Of a stretch of DNA of 64,000 nucleotides, positions 1 through 13,929 are shown piece after piece. Both the position numbers and the translations under genes were made by a program. The notes under the pieces are model-generated. The model saw only the letters and a list, made by a program, of their open reading frames with translations. It was not told where the DNA came from and searched no databases. How positions within the stretch are numbered: the first letter of the stretch is position 1; each line of letters opens with the position of its first letter. The DNA comes from the human T2T-CHM13v2.0 reference genome, Homo sapiens, in assembly GCF_009914755.1 (NCBI RefSeq), contig NC_060928.1; one strand, 5' to 3'.

Positions 1-579
1 GCTTCCAAATGAATCAGGAACAGGCACATAGAGGGCATTGAGACAGTCGTATGTCAATCTGTCTCTCTTTGATTGAGAACCTGAAATGTTTGAATTTTCT
101 GAGATTCCCTAGCTTAGAAAGTTAGCTTTCTAGGCTAACTTGTTTATTTTCTAAATGTGATTTTGTGATTTTATAAGCTATGATTTTCTTTTCTCCTTTT
201 GATGACGCATAGAGCCATTGGCTCCCACAGACCACCTCCACTTCCTACCAACCTTCATGCAGTCAACTGACACATTCCATAGACATAGAGTCTGTATAGG
301 TCAACTTTCTGCAGTAGTGAACTACTGAAAACAAAAGCTGAACAAATTATATTTTCAATTGTGTATACAAATCTGCTATTGAAAATTATTTTATAGTGTA
401 AGTTTAAAACCAATTCAATAGGCAAGATAATATAATACATTCGGACAGCCTGAAATCTGACAAATTTTGGAAACCTGTGGAATTGTACCTCAGGCTTCCT
501 TAAGTAAATTTATCAGTGAAAAAATGTGATTATTCTAACCTAGACACAACTTGTGAAGCTAGGAAAACACACTGAAGGC

Positions 580-1445
580 AGTGGGAGAGGACTAGTGAGC
601 AAGAGGGTGGGCTATAGCACAAGTCCTGGGCTTTAAATCCCAAACACAATCATTAACCAGCCTTGTGAGAGGGACAGGAAATTTAGCCTCTCTGTGCCTC
701 CATTGCCCCACTGGGAATAATAGCATCTTCTTTATGCAGTTGTTTCAGTTTTCTCCTTTTTTTGAGTGTGGGAAAATACATATAATATAAAATTTACCAT
801 CTTAATGAGTTTTAAGTATACTTCAGTAGTGTTAAGTATATTCACACTGTAATGTAATCAATCTCCAGAACTTTTTCATCTTGCAAAACTGAAACTCCAT
901 ACCCATTAAAGAACAACTTATCCTCCCTCTGATCCCTGTTAACCACCATTGTACTTCTGTTTCTATAAATTTGATTCCTCAAAATACCTCATAAACGTGT
1001 AATCAGACTGTATTTGTTCTTTTGTAACTGGCTTATTTCATGTAACATAATGTTCTTAAGGTACATTCGTGTCGTAGCTTGTGTAAGATTGCTTTTTTCT
1101 TTTTAAGGCTAAATATTTTACAGATACCATAATTTTTTTAAAGTAATAAAAATAAAATGGATACTTGGGTAGCTTCTACCTTTTAGTTATTGTGAATAAT
1201 GCTGCTGTGAACAAGAGTATGCAAATTTTTTTATGAGATCTTGCTTTCATTTCCTTTGGATGTGTGCCAAGAAGTGGGATTGCTGGTAATTACGTTTTTA
1301 ACTTTTTAAAGAAACCACCATACTGTTTTACTTGTCTATATCATTTTACATTCCCACCAACAATGCACAACACTTCCCATTTGTCTACATACTTGGTTTG
1401 ATTATTAAATGAGTTAATATAAATATTGTGCTTAGAACATATCCT
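580..1445 (+). mobile_element. MIR SINE split by an L1 insertion
   Basis: MIR core (ctctgtgcctc...gggaataatagc) at about 620-745 resumes (attaaatgagttaatata...gtgcttagaaca) at about 1400-1445. Confidence 0.6.
756..1395 (-). mobile_element. Old L1 (L1MB/L1MA type) 3' end
   Basis: Reverse-complement L1M 3' UTR: T-tract, aaatttaccatctta, ctccagaactttttcatcttgcaaaactgaaac, gggattgctgg, cattcccaccaacaatg. Confidence 0.85.
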
Positions 1446-3210
1446 ATCCATCACATTCTTTCAAAGAAATTTAGTCATTATAATTAAAATGTTTGTTTAA
1501 AATGTAGTGTTTATTGTTACAGAGATACAAATGAGCTGAAACCTTAGCATCTGTCTTGTGAGAAAGCCCTATATATGATTATTCTAGCAGCAGCATATGA
1601 GATACAATCTACAAAGCTTAAAGGAAACAGCAGAAGTTTTAAAAAGTATATTTAATTTTCATGGGTCTATACTAGATTATATGTTACTATTTATAGAGTA
1701 TCTATGATGTTTTAATACATGCATACAATGTGTAATAATCTTTTGCAACCCAGAAGAGAGAATCAAGTTTAGAATGAATTTAAGGAAAAGCAAATTCTAA
1801 TAAAAATATATTTAAATTACTTAATTATTACTTGGTGTGAAATTTAAAATCATCTTGGAAGATGAATTGTTACATCATAGAGTCATAGGGAAGAAAATGG
1901 TGAGGCTTCATGCTGCAGATATCGACCATGATGTCTGGGCAGAAAAGGAAGATGTGTCGTTATGCAAGGACACTAGTAATTAGGTCAACTGCATATCTCA
2001 ACTATATAGAGCAAAAATAAAGCCCTAATGAAGAAATTTCTCATACAATAATTAGGCTTTTGTTATTCTTGTTCACTTATTTGTTTTCATTTAAAATGTA
2101 AAAGTAGTATCTGTGTGTGTGTGTACATGTGCACACATGTGTTAAAATCAAGCAACACATTATAAAAAGGAACATAAATCCTGGTTGTTGTTGTTGTTTT
2201 CTTTTTAATGAGATTAACATTGAACACTTACTGTACTACACTGATGTTAGCTTAATAAGTTTATTTGTGTGGAATTGTCGCATTTATTCATGAAGAAAAA
2301 TAATCTTCCATCAGACACTCTCGGAAACAAATTAATTTCTCTTTAGAAAATATACATATTGAGCTTTCATTAAAAAATAAAATTTCAATCAACTACTGCA
2401 ATGCAAACCTACATGGTTTTATTTATATAAGAACATAACTTCAGAACAAATTAAGAGATTTGAAAGAAGAGAGTTGACTGTGGAAACTATAAGAAGCTCA
2501 AAATTAGATTTACAGTGTCACTTAAACAATGTTATTATCAACAATGTTCCCACCCTGGAAAAATATTATAAATATATCTAAAAAAAATTAACAAACTGAT
2601 TTATGTACAACCTTTCAGCAACATCAGGAAACTACCCAAAAGGACTCCACCTGGTAGCTACGCATAGTCTTTGACAAAATTGTCAAAATTGTGAACATTT
2701 ATATTTAGGGCTTCTTATGACAAATGAACCAGTGAAAACAATATTGAATTTTTAATCTATATATTCATAAAAGCCAGAGTTCTCAAGATATTGTGCTGAC
2801 AAAGAAAGGAAGTGAAATTATTTGGGAGTTTAATCTGATGTTTATTATTATTCAATTCATGCCAAATTCCTAAAATATACTTAGTGCAAAGGCATTTCCT
2901 TAACTGATTGAAACAGTTTAAAGACATATTTCCCTTTATGTTTCTCATTTTAAAGGTGGTCTTTTAATTTTAGAGTAAATATAATAATACAGAAGGAAAT
3001 ATTACATAGATTTAAAGAAAATATATAATATTTCAAAAAATATTATTCTTGAACAGATCATTTGAGCTATGCCCCTTAACTTTTCTTCTTTCCTTTCCTC
3101 GTGCCTACGGGCATATTTACTTTCATCTCTAATTAGAGAGAGTATCTTCAATATTAACTTTGAACAGGGCTGACATTAAGTCTGGAATTGCAAAAACACA
3201 TGCTTATGAA

Positions 3211-3338
3211 TAGGGTGACCCATCAGTTATCATCCAAACCAGATATTTTGGGGAATAAAAGAGAGGCTATGAATAATTATGTGGTGACAAAAGATGTAAA
3301 CTGGGCCTCAGACAAACCTGGAGGATGGGTTACCCATA
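3211..3338. mobile_element. MER94-like hAT MITE
   Basis: tagggtgacc...ggttacccata inverted termini, about 130 bp. Confidence 0.7.
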
Positions 3339-3744
3339 CATTCATGGAACATTCATGAAACAGTTTGAGATTAAGAAAAGTAATAGCTCAAGCAAAACAA
3401 TAAACCGATACATGGTCTCTGTTTTGGGAGAATAATACGGTGATAACACTGGAGAGGCTAAGGTCCAGCATATTCTTGTTATGAAGAACAACAAGGCAAC
3501 ATTTTAAAGATTTAGATTCTTCATGAGAAGGGTGCATACAGTAAGTGTTTAAGTATTGATAACCAAACACATGCACCAGACAAACACTTTTGTATGGCAC
3601 ATGACGAGATGCAATTTGCAAACTTTGACATAAGGTATTAGTTACATAAAAATTCTACTTAAATGTACATAGGTTACCTGGAAACCACGTTATTAATTAA
3701 CTAATTAAACTCCAAATCAATATTGAAAAACAACCTAGAGAAGA

Positions 3745-3928
3745 GATTCTTAAATTTTAGAATGCTTCAGAATGACCTTGAAGGGCTTGATAAAATACAA
3801 ATTCTGCTTCCTCCCCGACACTCAGTGTTTTTGATTCAGTTGGTCTAGGCAAGAGTCTGAAAATCTGCAATTCAAGCATGCTCCTAAATGATGGTGAGCT
3901 ACCAGTTTGAGGACCATACTTAGAAACA
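3745..3928. mobile_element. MER5A DNA transposon
   Basis: cagaatgaccttgaagggcttgataaaatacaaatt...tgattcagttggtctagg...gaccatacttagaaacac. Confidence 0.75.
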
Positions 3929-5248
3929 CAAATGAAAAATCACTCTTGCTTTAAAGATTTCTATGGTTAATTCATTCATGAATCATTCTTTCATGTATTT
4001 GTTCATTCAGTTACCAAATTTATCAGCTCCAAGATACTACACTAGGAAAAAAAAGCGTTGGGTTTGTCCCTCAACTCATAAATAATAATTTATTGATGGC
4101 ATTCTCAATTTGTTACTAGCTCAAATTTTACCTATGAGGAAACATATTCAGAGATTCTAAGTGATTTGGTTAAGATCTTGTAAGTATTAGGTAAAAAGTC
4201 AGGCTCAGAAAACTACTTGCGACTTCTAAGTAAGTCATGTAGCTTTAACAAATAAAATAATAGAGATAGAAGAGAGATTTTTTAAAGACTTAAAGACTCA
4301 CAGGGAATGCATTTTTTTCCTCTACAGTTGGTCCTGAATGCATATCATCCAGGCTACACAGAAGTATTTAAGAAGTTTGGATTCTTTCAACATCACTAAA
4401 TTTCTAAGAATTTTTAAAAAATCTATTTAGAGTTAGCTAAAAATGAGAAAGTATGTGTTCCCTAGTTTACTTTATAATTTGAGGACATTTGTTTTACTTT
4501 TCTCATCTAGAGACATGCATTTTAATATTAGAATGTGTAAATTTTCCAAATTTATTGGTTCATTTACCAGCAAATTCTACATGCATTTTTTTCAGCTACC
4601 CTTCTTTTGAAAGTGTGAGTTCAAAGAAGCAGCCAGTTTTTTTGCAGTTATTTGCACCCATATAAATTCCTGTGCACAGGGTTATCGTTTTTCTCTTGTG
4701 ATAGAAACAATGGTAAGATTCACATCCTTGACCTCCCTTGTTTCATCATAGCTCATCCACTTGAGAAGTCAGGGATTAGAATGAAGATGAATCTACTTTT
4801 CTCTCTGAAGGTGTGTTCCACTGACAGGTGTCACTAGAATGCTTTTTCTCACTTCCTTTTGCAGAATTGAAGTCTCTCATCTGAATATTGATCTCCCTGT
4901 ACGCCTGACTTATCTTTAATGAGGAAGAAGGATGGTAACAGTAAAGGGACATTATTAGATAAAGTAATATCCAGAATAAACAAAATTTTGACATTAGGAA
5001 ATAAGTGAAATATTCAAAAGTAGGCTCATAGAATTTGGATCTTCCTTCTTTAGATACAATCAGAAGAAAAGGAATCTATTTGCTCAACACTAGCTCAGTG
5101 TCCTTTCATGGCAACACCTCTGACTTTTTCCTCTTCATAAACTCACTGTTTTCAAGATCCCACTTAGGGACACCATGTTGTGTGCTGTGATATGAAATTT
5201 ACTACCTGGAACTGTGAAGTGCACAATATGCACAATCATAAGTGCTGG

Positions 5249-5801
5249 TGTCAGAGGCTTGTGAACCAGAACTACTCCATCTTAAATAGGAGCTAGGTAA
5301 AATAAGGCTGAGATCTCCGGGGCTGCATTCCCAGACAGTTAAGGCATTCTAACTTACAGGATAAGATAGGAGGTTGGCACAAGATACAGGTCATAAAGAC
5401 CTTGCTGACAAAACAGGTTGAAGTAAAGAAGCTGACTAAAACCCACTGAAATCAAGATGGTGACCAGAGTGACTTCTGGTCTTCCTCACTGCTATGCTCC
5501 CAACAGCACCATGACAGTTTACAAATGCTGTAGCAACGTCAGGAAGTTGCCCTATATGGTCTAAAAAGGGGAGGCACGAATAATCCACCCCTTGTTTAGC
5601 ATGTCATCAAGAAATAACCATAACAATGGGCAACCAGCAGCCCTCGGGGCTGCTCTGCCTATGGAGTATTATTCTCTTATTCCTTTACATTCCTTATAAA
5701 TTTCCTTTCACTTTACTTTATGGACTTGCCCTGAATTCTTTCTTGCATGAGATCTAAGGACCCTTTCTCAGGGTCTGGATTGGGACCCCTATCCTGTAAC
5801 A
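5249..5801 (+). mobile_element. MER41A 5' LTR
   Basis: tgtcagaggc...gggacccctatcctgtaaca. Lacks the TTCCnGGAA block of MER41B. Confidence 0.9.
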
Positions 5802-8800
5802 TCTTTGGAAAGGACAATACTAAAGAAACCCCTGACCCAAAGGCTAACTTTGAGTACATGGTGGGGTCCAGTAACATCTTTCTGGCAAGCCTTGAAGGGA
5901 CAATACTGAGGAGACCCCGACCCAAAGGAAAGAAGATAGGAGGTTGGTACAAGATACAGGTCATAAAGACCTTGCTGACAAAACAGGTTGAAGTAAAGAA
6001 GCTGACTAAAACCCACCAACTGCAGAACTGATTAAACGACTTTGGATAAGTGGGGTGCATATACCTGGGTAAAGGATGGGATTGGGTTAAAGGCCCAACT
6101 TAAGGGAATTAGAGTGTCTCCTAAGACAGAGTGGGTTAAAGGCTCCTTTCAATAAAAGGCAAGGAAGCTTGACCAACCTTGGGTTAGAGGCCCAACTTAG
6201 GAGGGTTAGAGTCCCTTCAAAAATTTCAGGGGTTAGAGGACCCTCTTGGTAAACTCCCTCTCTGTAAAGTTTCAGCTAAGAATGGGTTTGGCAGTCTGGG
6301 ATGTTAACTGCTGTTCTCTCTGGATTGATCTGCCTTGCACTCTTCGCTGATGGCTATGAGTGACAGGATTAGGCATGTACAGGATTGTGGGACATGGGGG
6401 AATTTTTGCCTCCCTAAAGGGGAAAACTTGAGAGCTGATGAGAATGCTGGAAAAGATCCCTCTGTGACCAAGAAGCAGCCGGCTGAAATTAAAGTATCAC
6501 TGCAATGACTAGGTCTTTCTCTGGGCTCCCTGAGTGCTTCGCCTACCCCACCCTGCCACAGGCAAAGCTTTACTCTCTCTCCTTTCCCTTTCTTTTCTTT
6601 TCTACTACTTGGGGTAACCTTCTTTCCCAGAGATCACATGTTGAAGCTCCTGGTCCGAGGTTGGATTAATAATGATGGGGCCCAACTAGGGACAAATTTG
6701 AGCCTTGCCAGCTTGATATTGGGTGCTAAGAAGAGTGGCTAATATATATGTTTTGTCACAGGTATCTTACTTCAGCCAGAAAGGAAAGAGATAATTTTCC
6801 TTTATGTTGCGGCTCAGTCCCCAGGGCTGTGGTGCAGCCAGAAGGGTCAGTAGGGTCAGTAAGACCCCAGAAGGGTCAGAGAAGGGGAACACTGAAGGCT
6901 GGCATGCTGACCAAAGGGGAAGAATTTCTTACCAGACAGACTTCTGGCATGTGTGTGTGCGTGTGTGTGTGTGCAAACTGGATGTGGTTTCCCTCTGGTT
7001 CAGGGTTCAATTCCCAGCTTAGGGGAGGATCCTTTGCTTCTGTCTATTTATTTATATGTATTATGTGTGTGATGTTTATATATGAACAAGCTTTAATTGG
7101 TTTAATAATAATAAAAGCTTAAATCAAATATTTTGTCAGAAAAGTAAAAAGTGTAATGCCTTTTATTTAGTTCATGCGCCTTAATTAATATTTGGGAAAT
7201 AATGATACCTTTAAAGATTATTGGTAAAATAGAAGTATCTTCAAAAATATAAACTTTTGATTTAAATCAGGCAGTTCAGATATTAAGTTTGCTAAATGCT
7301 TTAAAGTCATAAACTGCTTCTTTGACTCTTGAAAATTGTTCAGTTTATTTCAGACCATTATATTCTAGATAAGGTTTGGGGACATATGGAATAAGCCATG
7401 CCTCCTAGCTATGCAAAGAAGTTTGTAAAGTAAAGAGATTTTATATAAGAAAGGATCTTGTATGGCACATTCTTGTCTTAAAGTAACTGTTTGTTTAAAA
7501 GAAGGGAATTTATGCAAGAAATGTTGTACAATTTAAAGGTGATTAAACCTCCTAAATGTTTAATTAAATGCCACTATGACTCTTAGTTGTACAACCTGCC
7601 TGCTTTACAGCTAGGTAAGGCCTGGGACACATGGAGTTAAATGCTAGAAAAAGTAGGCCTTATCTGTACTTCCGGATGCTGCCCTAGGCTCCATACATAC
7701 TACATAATTAAAATCCTGGACTTAACAACTTTTCACTAAAAGTAAAAGTCCCTAAGAGTTAACAGTGTAACATGTAATTAAGACTACTGAAGAAACAGTT
7801 CTGCATGCAAGGCATGTAAGGAAAGTGAAGTGTGTTTTTGGTAAAAGATTATAAGAAGGCATGAGAATGGATTTCCTGCCTAAATTCAAGGGTTAAAGGA
7901 TGGTTTTAGGTTAAATAGAATAAAGCTAAAGGTTTGCACAAGTTGTGGAAGGTTTATGAAAGAAAATAATTGTAAAAGAAACTCTGTGAACATACTGGCT
8001 AAAGTTAAAGGGATATTATTCAGTTTTTCTGTAAACTGAACATTGAAATAAAAGCATAACAGGTTTTTCTGAGAGCAAAAACCTGCTTATGATCTGCTCT
8101 TTAACAAAATTGTAAAGGGTTGTAAAAAGTTTACGAGAGTCTTACCTTATGGTCAAGCTGTTTAAGATTGGACAGATTTATCTATAAAGTTTTATTAAGA
8201 ATTGAGTTTGACATACATAATGCACTAATAGAACAGTGAAATTTGGCTTATTTTGTGTAAAAATCATACAAGAAGCATTGTCAAATATGAAATGATGTTT
8301 GGCTTTCTTTGGGCTATATTTGTATAAATATGTTATTGGTATATGTTCCATAATATTGGGAAACTCCTATAATTCTAATATGACTTAGGGTACATTATTA
8401 ATAGTTATAATTATTATGTAAAATTGTTACGTGCCACAGAAGTAACCAAATTTCCTTATCAATTGTGACTTTAATAGTGGCTGTCCTAAGATGTTTTGTC
8501 ATCTACAAACAATTGTTGTTTTAACCCTCTTTAGAAGCTGGGTTTATAATCAGCTATAGAACTCTAGCAGGTGTTCTTGAATGCAGGTTTCTGATAACTG
8601 GTAATTATGACATTAGAATAGAGGGGAAAACTTTCAATACTCAAGGAAAGCTGAAATGTTTATGAATATCAAGCAGAATAAGAGTAAACTGAATTAACTG
8701 AACCAATAGAAAACTGAAGTAAACTTTTTAACTCTTTCTGCTTAAAATATTGCTGATCTTTTGTTTCGTTTCTTCAGAGTCAAGGAAACCTTTGAGCTAT

Positions 8801-9106
8801 TTACAGCTTGTAGAAATTGAGTAAAGTGTACTTCTGTAAACAAAATTTGGTGTATATTTGTTTCTCTCTACCTGATTTCTCCAGAATTTGGAAACTATTT
8901 TTATCTTAATTTATGGCACTATAATTATTTGCATAAGTGCAATAAGAATCTGTTTTTTTTTTCAACAAGACACAGAGAAATTATTTTATCAAGGCTTTGA
9001 CTGGAATGGTGTGCTTTCCTTTAAGGAATCAAACTTGAGTTGTAAAGTCAGTAAAAGCCCTTTGGGGAACTGGACTCCCTACACAGTCCCTGTACAGGGT
9101 CTCTGA

Positions 9107-9427
<321 letters not shown>

Positions 9428-10332
9428 AAGAATCTCACTTTTGAACAGGTCCAAGAGCCACAGGTTATCTTGAGGCCCCAAGGGGAGAGGAATTTACCCA
9501 ACTCTTAGGTATTTGAGGGTACAAATAGCAGGACTCAACTTCAAAAATATCTTATCTGAGATTCTTTCTATAGAATAGGGTTTCATCAAAACCAATTTTG
9601 AGAAGCCTATGTGAAAATTAATTATTCTTGCTGCACTTTATACAAATAATCAGGCAAAATATAATAAGGCAAATCAGTCTCACCACGATTTGTCTTTAGT
9701 AAAAATAGGAAACTGGAGAGAGAAATATTATGTTTGAAGAACTATGGTATATTTGCTCTTAGATTCTAGTCTCCTCAGTTGTTTTTAAATATGTTTCTGC
9801 AATTTATGGTAATCCTGCATATTCCTGTGAACAAACCAGTGATCTCTAACTGCGGCTCAGAAAAAAAAAGAGGAATCAGTTATGTAAAAATCTGAATCAG
9901 TATTCTTATACCGGGCATATACTGGAGTCACCTAGCAAACCCATATCAGCTTGGTTCCAACAATTGCCCAGTTCATGGAAAGCCCACTAATTAATTTACT
10001 TGGGATAATTTTACTTATTTTGCTTTACTGTTGTGGAATATATTGCTGTTTTAGTCTTTGCATAGGTATTCAGGACAATGTTGAATGTTGTATTATATTG
10101 AAAACTTATTAATCTTCCAGTAATCACCTTTTGTCAGAATTCGGAGTTATATATGGCACTAGCCATACCAACACTTTCTGACTGAGCTCCTCTCTATTCT
10201 AAACACAAGAGACCCTCATGGTTAGGCAGGAATATCATCACCTTTATTCAGCAGAAAAAGTTACAGAAGATGGATCTTCATCCCTCTGCTCTCTTAGGAT
10301 AAAGGGTTCTCCTATAAAAGGGAGGGGGTAAA

Positions 10333-11208
10333 TGTCAGAGGCATGTGAACTGGAGCAACTCCAGCTTAAATAAGAGCTAGGTAAAATGAGACTGATACCT
10401 ACCAGGCTGCATTCCCAGACAGTTAAGGCATTCTAACTTACAGGAAAAGATAAGAAGTTGGCACAAGACACAGTTCATAAAGACCTTGCTGATAAACAGG
10501 TTGCAGTAAAGAAGCCGGCTAAAACTCACCAAAGCCAAGATGGTGACGAGAGTGACCTCTGGTTATCCTCACTGCTATGCTCCTACCAGTGCTATGACAG
10601 TTTACAAATGCCGTGGCAATGTCAGGATGTTACCCTATATGGTCTGAAAATGTGAGGCATGAATAATCCACCCCTTGTTCAGCATATCATCAAGAAATAA
10701 CTACAAAAATGAAAAATGGGCAACCAGCAGCCCCCAGGGCTGCTCTGGCTGTGGAGTAGCCATTCTTTTATTCCTTCACTTTCTTTTTTTAAAAAAACTT
10801 TTCTTTTTTTTCTGTTTTTTTGGTCATCCAGGCTGGAGTGTAGTGGTATGATCTCAGCTCACAGCAAACTCTGTCTCCTGGGTTCAAGCGATTCTCCTGC
10901 CTCAACCTCCCAAGTAACAGGATTACAAGCAAGCACCACCACGCTTGGATAATTTTTTGTGTTTCTAGTAGAGATAGGATTTCACCATGTTGGCCAGGCT
11001 GGTCTCAAACTCCTGACCTCAAGTGAGCCACCCTCCTCGGCCTCTCAAAGTGCTGGGATTAGAGGTGTGAGCCACCAAAGCCCAGCCTCCTTTACTTTAT
11101 TAATAAACTTGCTTTTGCTTTGTGCTGTGGACTAGGCCTGAATTCTTTCTTGTGTGAGAGCCAAGAACCCTCTCTTGGGATCTGGATTGGGACCCCTTTT
11201 CTGTAACA
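10333..11208 (+). mobile_element. MER41A 3' LTR interrupted by an Alu
   Basis: Homologous to 5249-5801, with an Alu at 10785-11087. Confidence 0.9.
10785..11087 (-). mobile_element. AluS (Sx/Sz-like) inside the 3' LTR
   Basis: Alu dimer with a short deletion next to the tail. TSD tccttcactttct / tcctttactttat. Confidence 0.9.
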
Positions 11209-13929
11209 CTGGTACTATAGACTAAGACTGATCCTAGCCTTTAGAATGTACTCAGTAAAGGTATTTCTAAATGAAAGGCTGTTAGGAATATGTTAATAAT
11301 CACAGAGTTATGTGACATATAATAGGAGTTTTTAGTCCTAGGTATAGAAAACAGATTAATTTTATTGAGCCAATTGTACCTGGTAAATACAATCATGTAA
11401 TTGTTATCACAATTGTTTTATCTCTAATTATTTATTTCACCCCAAACCAACTAATCAACCTTCAATGGAAACAGTACAGTGGTGAGATCATGAACTCCAG
11501 TATCAGAAAGACAGACTTGAGTTCAGATCAAGATTCTCCAACCTACTTGTTGCTTGTTGTGTAAACACAATTGAAACCAAAATGAGCACAAAAGTAAATT
11601 CTCATACACAACTGCCACCAACCAATATATTCACTTCTTTCTCAAGAAAGGGAGAGGTATCTGGTTAGGCCAGACAAGGTTCTTGGGGCTAAGCAAATGG
11701 GTATGTATTTTTTTCTTTCTTTCTCATTGTTAATAAAAATGAGTCTACAGAACACTAGACAATGAATGTCTCAGTACCAAAATTGTAGTAATCTTGGGAA
11801 TTACATGAGTGCTTACTTTCTTAGCTGCCAAAGAAAGAAGACCTGTTTGAGGGCTATAATTTTTCTATTTACTTCTGGCCTGTTTCTTGCCCCTGGAGAA
11901 GGAAATAACAAAGCTCGTTACCTTATGCCCATTTATACATATGTTCTTTTTCCCCACTTATACACACGCAGTTCTACCTACAGCACACATACACTCACAA
12001 TCCTTTTCTCAGCAGAAAAAAAGAGGATAAGAGAGTTACTACTTTCTTGGGAATCAGACCAACATTCACACTCTAACTCACAAAAATACAGGGAGGCTCA
12101 CCTGCTTCTTGTTTACCATAAAAGGGATTGAGTTGCAGGACTACCTCTCCTTTTTATGCCAAGGTTAGGAAGAAGCAAGGGGAGACACAGATGGCCCTTT
12201 TATTCTTTTCATAGCCTTAGGAAAGGTGAGCAGCTGCCTCTATTGCCCATATATCTGCCTGTGGTTTCCATTTCACGAAAAAGAAACAACAAAAGCTCTC
12301 TTAAAAGAGTGTGTTTTTACCCTGAGATCTCTTAGGTGGCTTCAGTAAAACATAAAAATTATATTTGTATTAACATGTAATTTGCGCTTTAATATCTCCA
12401 ACCTTTACCCCATTACTCCTCCCTCTGTTAACTCTTCACCTTTGGAGATACTGGCCATGAAGTTACAGCTCTTCAGGAAAGATTAAAAATGGGCTAGCTA
12501 TGCTAGAAGTCTGAATCACTATTCTGTGTTTATTTACTGGTTAAAGTTTATTATTTTATGAGTACACTATGATAGGTACAGGGTATATATTAAACCACCT
12601 ATGTCAGTTAAACATTGTATAGCCAGGTGACACAAAATTAACTCTAGACCCACCTCTTTATTTCTTTAAAAATATACAGAAACCTAAAAGGTCTCATGTA
12701 TCTTAAGTTATTTAATGTAAACTTGGAAAGCTCAACAGCTGTACTACATAATATCACCTTAATTTTACTAAAACTGAAATAAATCATTTTATTATATATT
12801 AATGGGGATGATACTATACCTAATACACAGAGATGGTGCGCATATTTTCAAAGATAATGCTTGTGAAGCACTTAGTACTATCACTGATGGTCAGTATTAT
12901 GCAAGTATAGTATTTTGTAATTATTATTTTTGCATTCACTTTCTCATTAAGTAACAGGAGAAGCCAGAACAATGAAGATGGCTTCTGAGCAGTGGGTTAT
13001 GAGGCAAAATAGGCTATTTAGTAGAACTTTTAATGACCCAGATATAGTCATGCTCACAAAGAACATTGTTCATGACAGTAGGGACTGTATCTCTATGAGA
13101 ATGTCACTGTGACTGGCTTCCTCCTCAACTGTGCTACAGCTACTCTTCTTTAGAGGTCTGTTCTTAGAACACATTTGGTTTTTTCACTGCATTGTGCTAG
13201 AAAACTCCATTCATGCTAGCACTCCATTCATGCTACTACTATATACCTACATGTACAGATAAAATTTCATTGTGTGTGCACTTCCTTCACTTTCTCCGGT
13301 TTTCTTACTATTCTTCCACTTTTCTCATAACACCTCAACTCAAAAACTCATATACCATAAACATCCACAGCCTCTGTTATTCCCTGCACTGTTCATATTT
13401 GTTCTTACTAAATTTACTCTCGGGAATTTTGAAGCCATCACAGTGCCTCAGATGTAGAAGCTCTTACTGTGGACCCTGTATATCCTCTAGAAATTGTGGC
13501 TTATATTTTATTAAAAATGTATTTGCTTTTCAAAGAAAACTATACCATGAATTTCTGAGGTAAGCTACGGTTTTGATTTGTTAGGCTTCCTGTTATAATC
13601 TTTAGCGGCTATCTAACAAGGGGATGTGAATAGGGCACAGATATCATGCAAACTGATTGTCAGAAACATGCAGGAACAGATGTTATCCTTCTCTGACACT
13701 GTCTGAAAATGAGGAGTGTTTATGAGTTGAGAGTGAAGTCAAACATATCGCTTCATAATTACTAGAACTTCCTTAATATGAAGCTGTATCTTTTCTTTTC
13801 CCAATATTGCTCTGGCTGAACACTAATGGAGTCTGGTCTCATGGGTACACTTTTGGGAGTGTTGCTTGCAATAGAAATCATCACAAATATTCAGACCATA
13901 GTAGTCATTCAGAACATAGTGCTGTCTAT

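Noticed and set aside
1-5200. SULT1B1 exons expected near the left edge
   Set aside because: No SULT-like coding sequence is recognisable here. The gene presumably lies outside the window.
13204-13236. Short tandem duplications (here 17 bp; also near 36629, 38594, 49828)
   Set aside because: Ordinary replication-slippage duplications.
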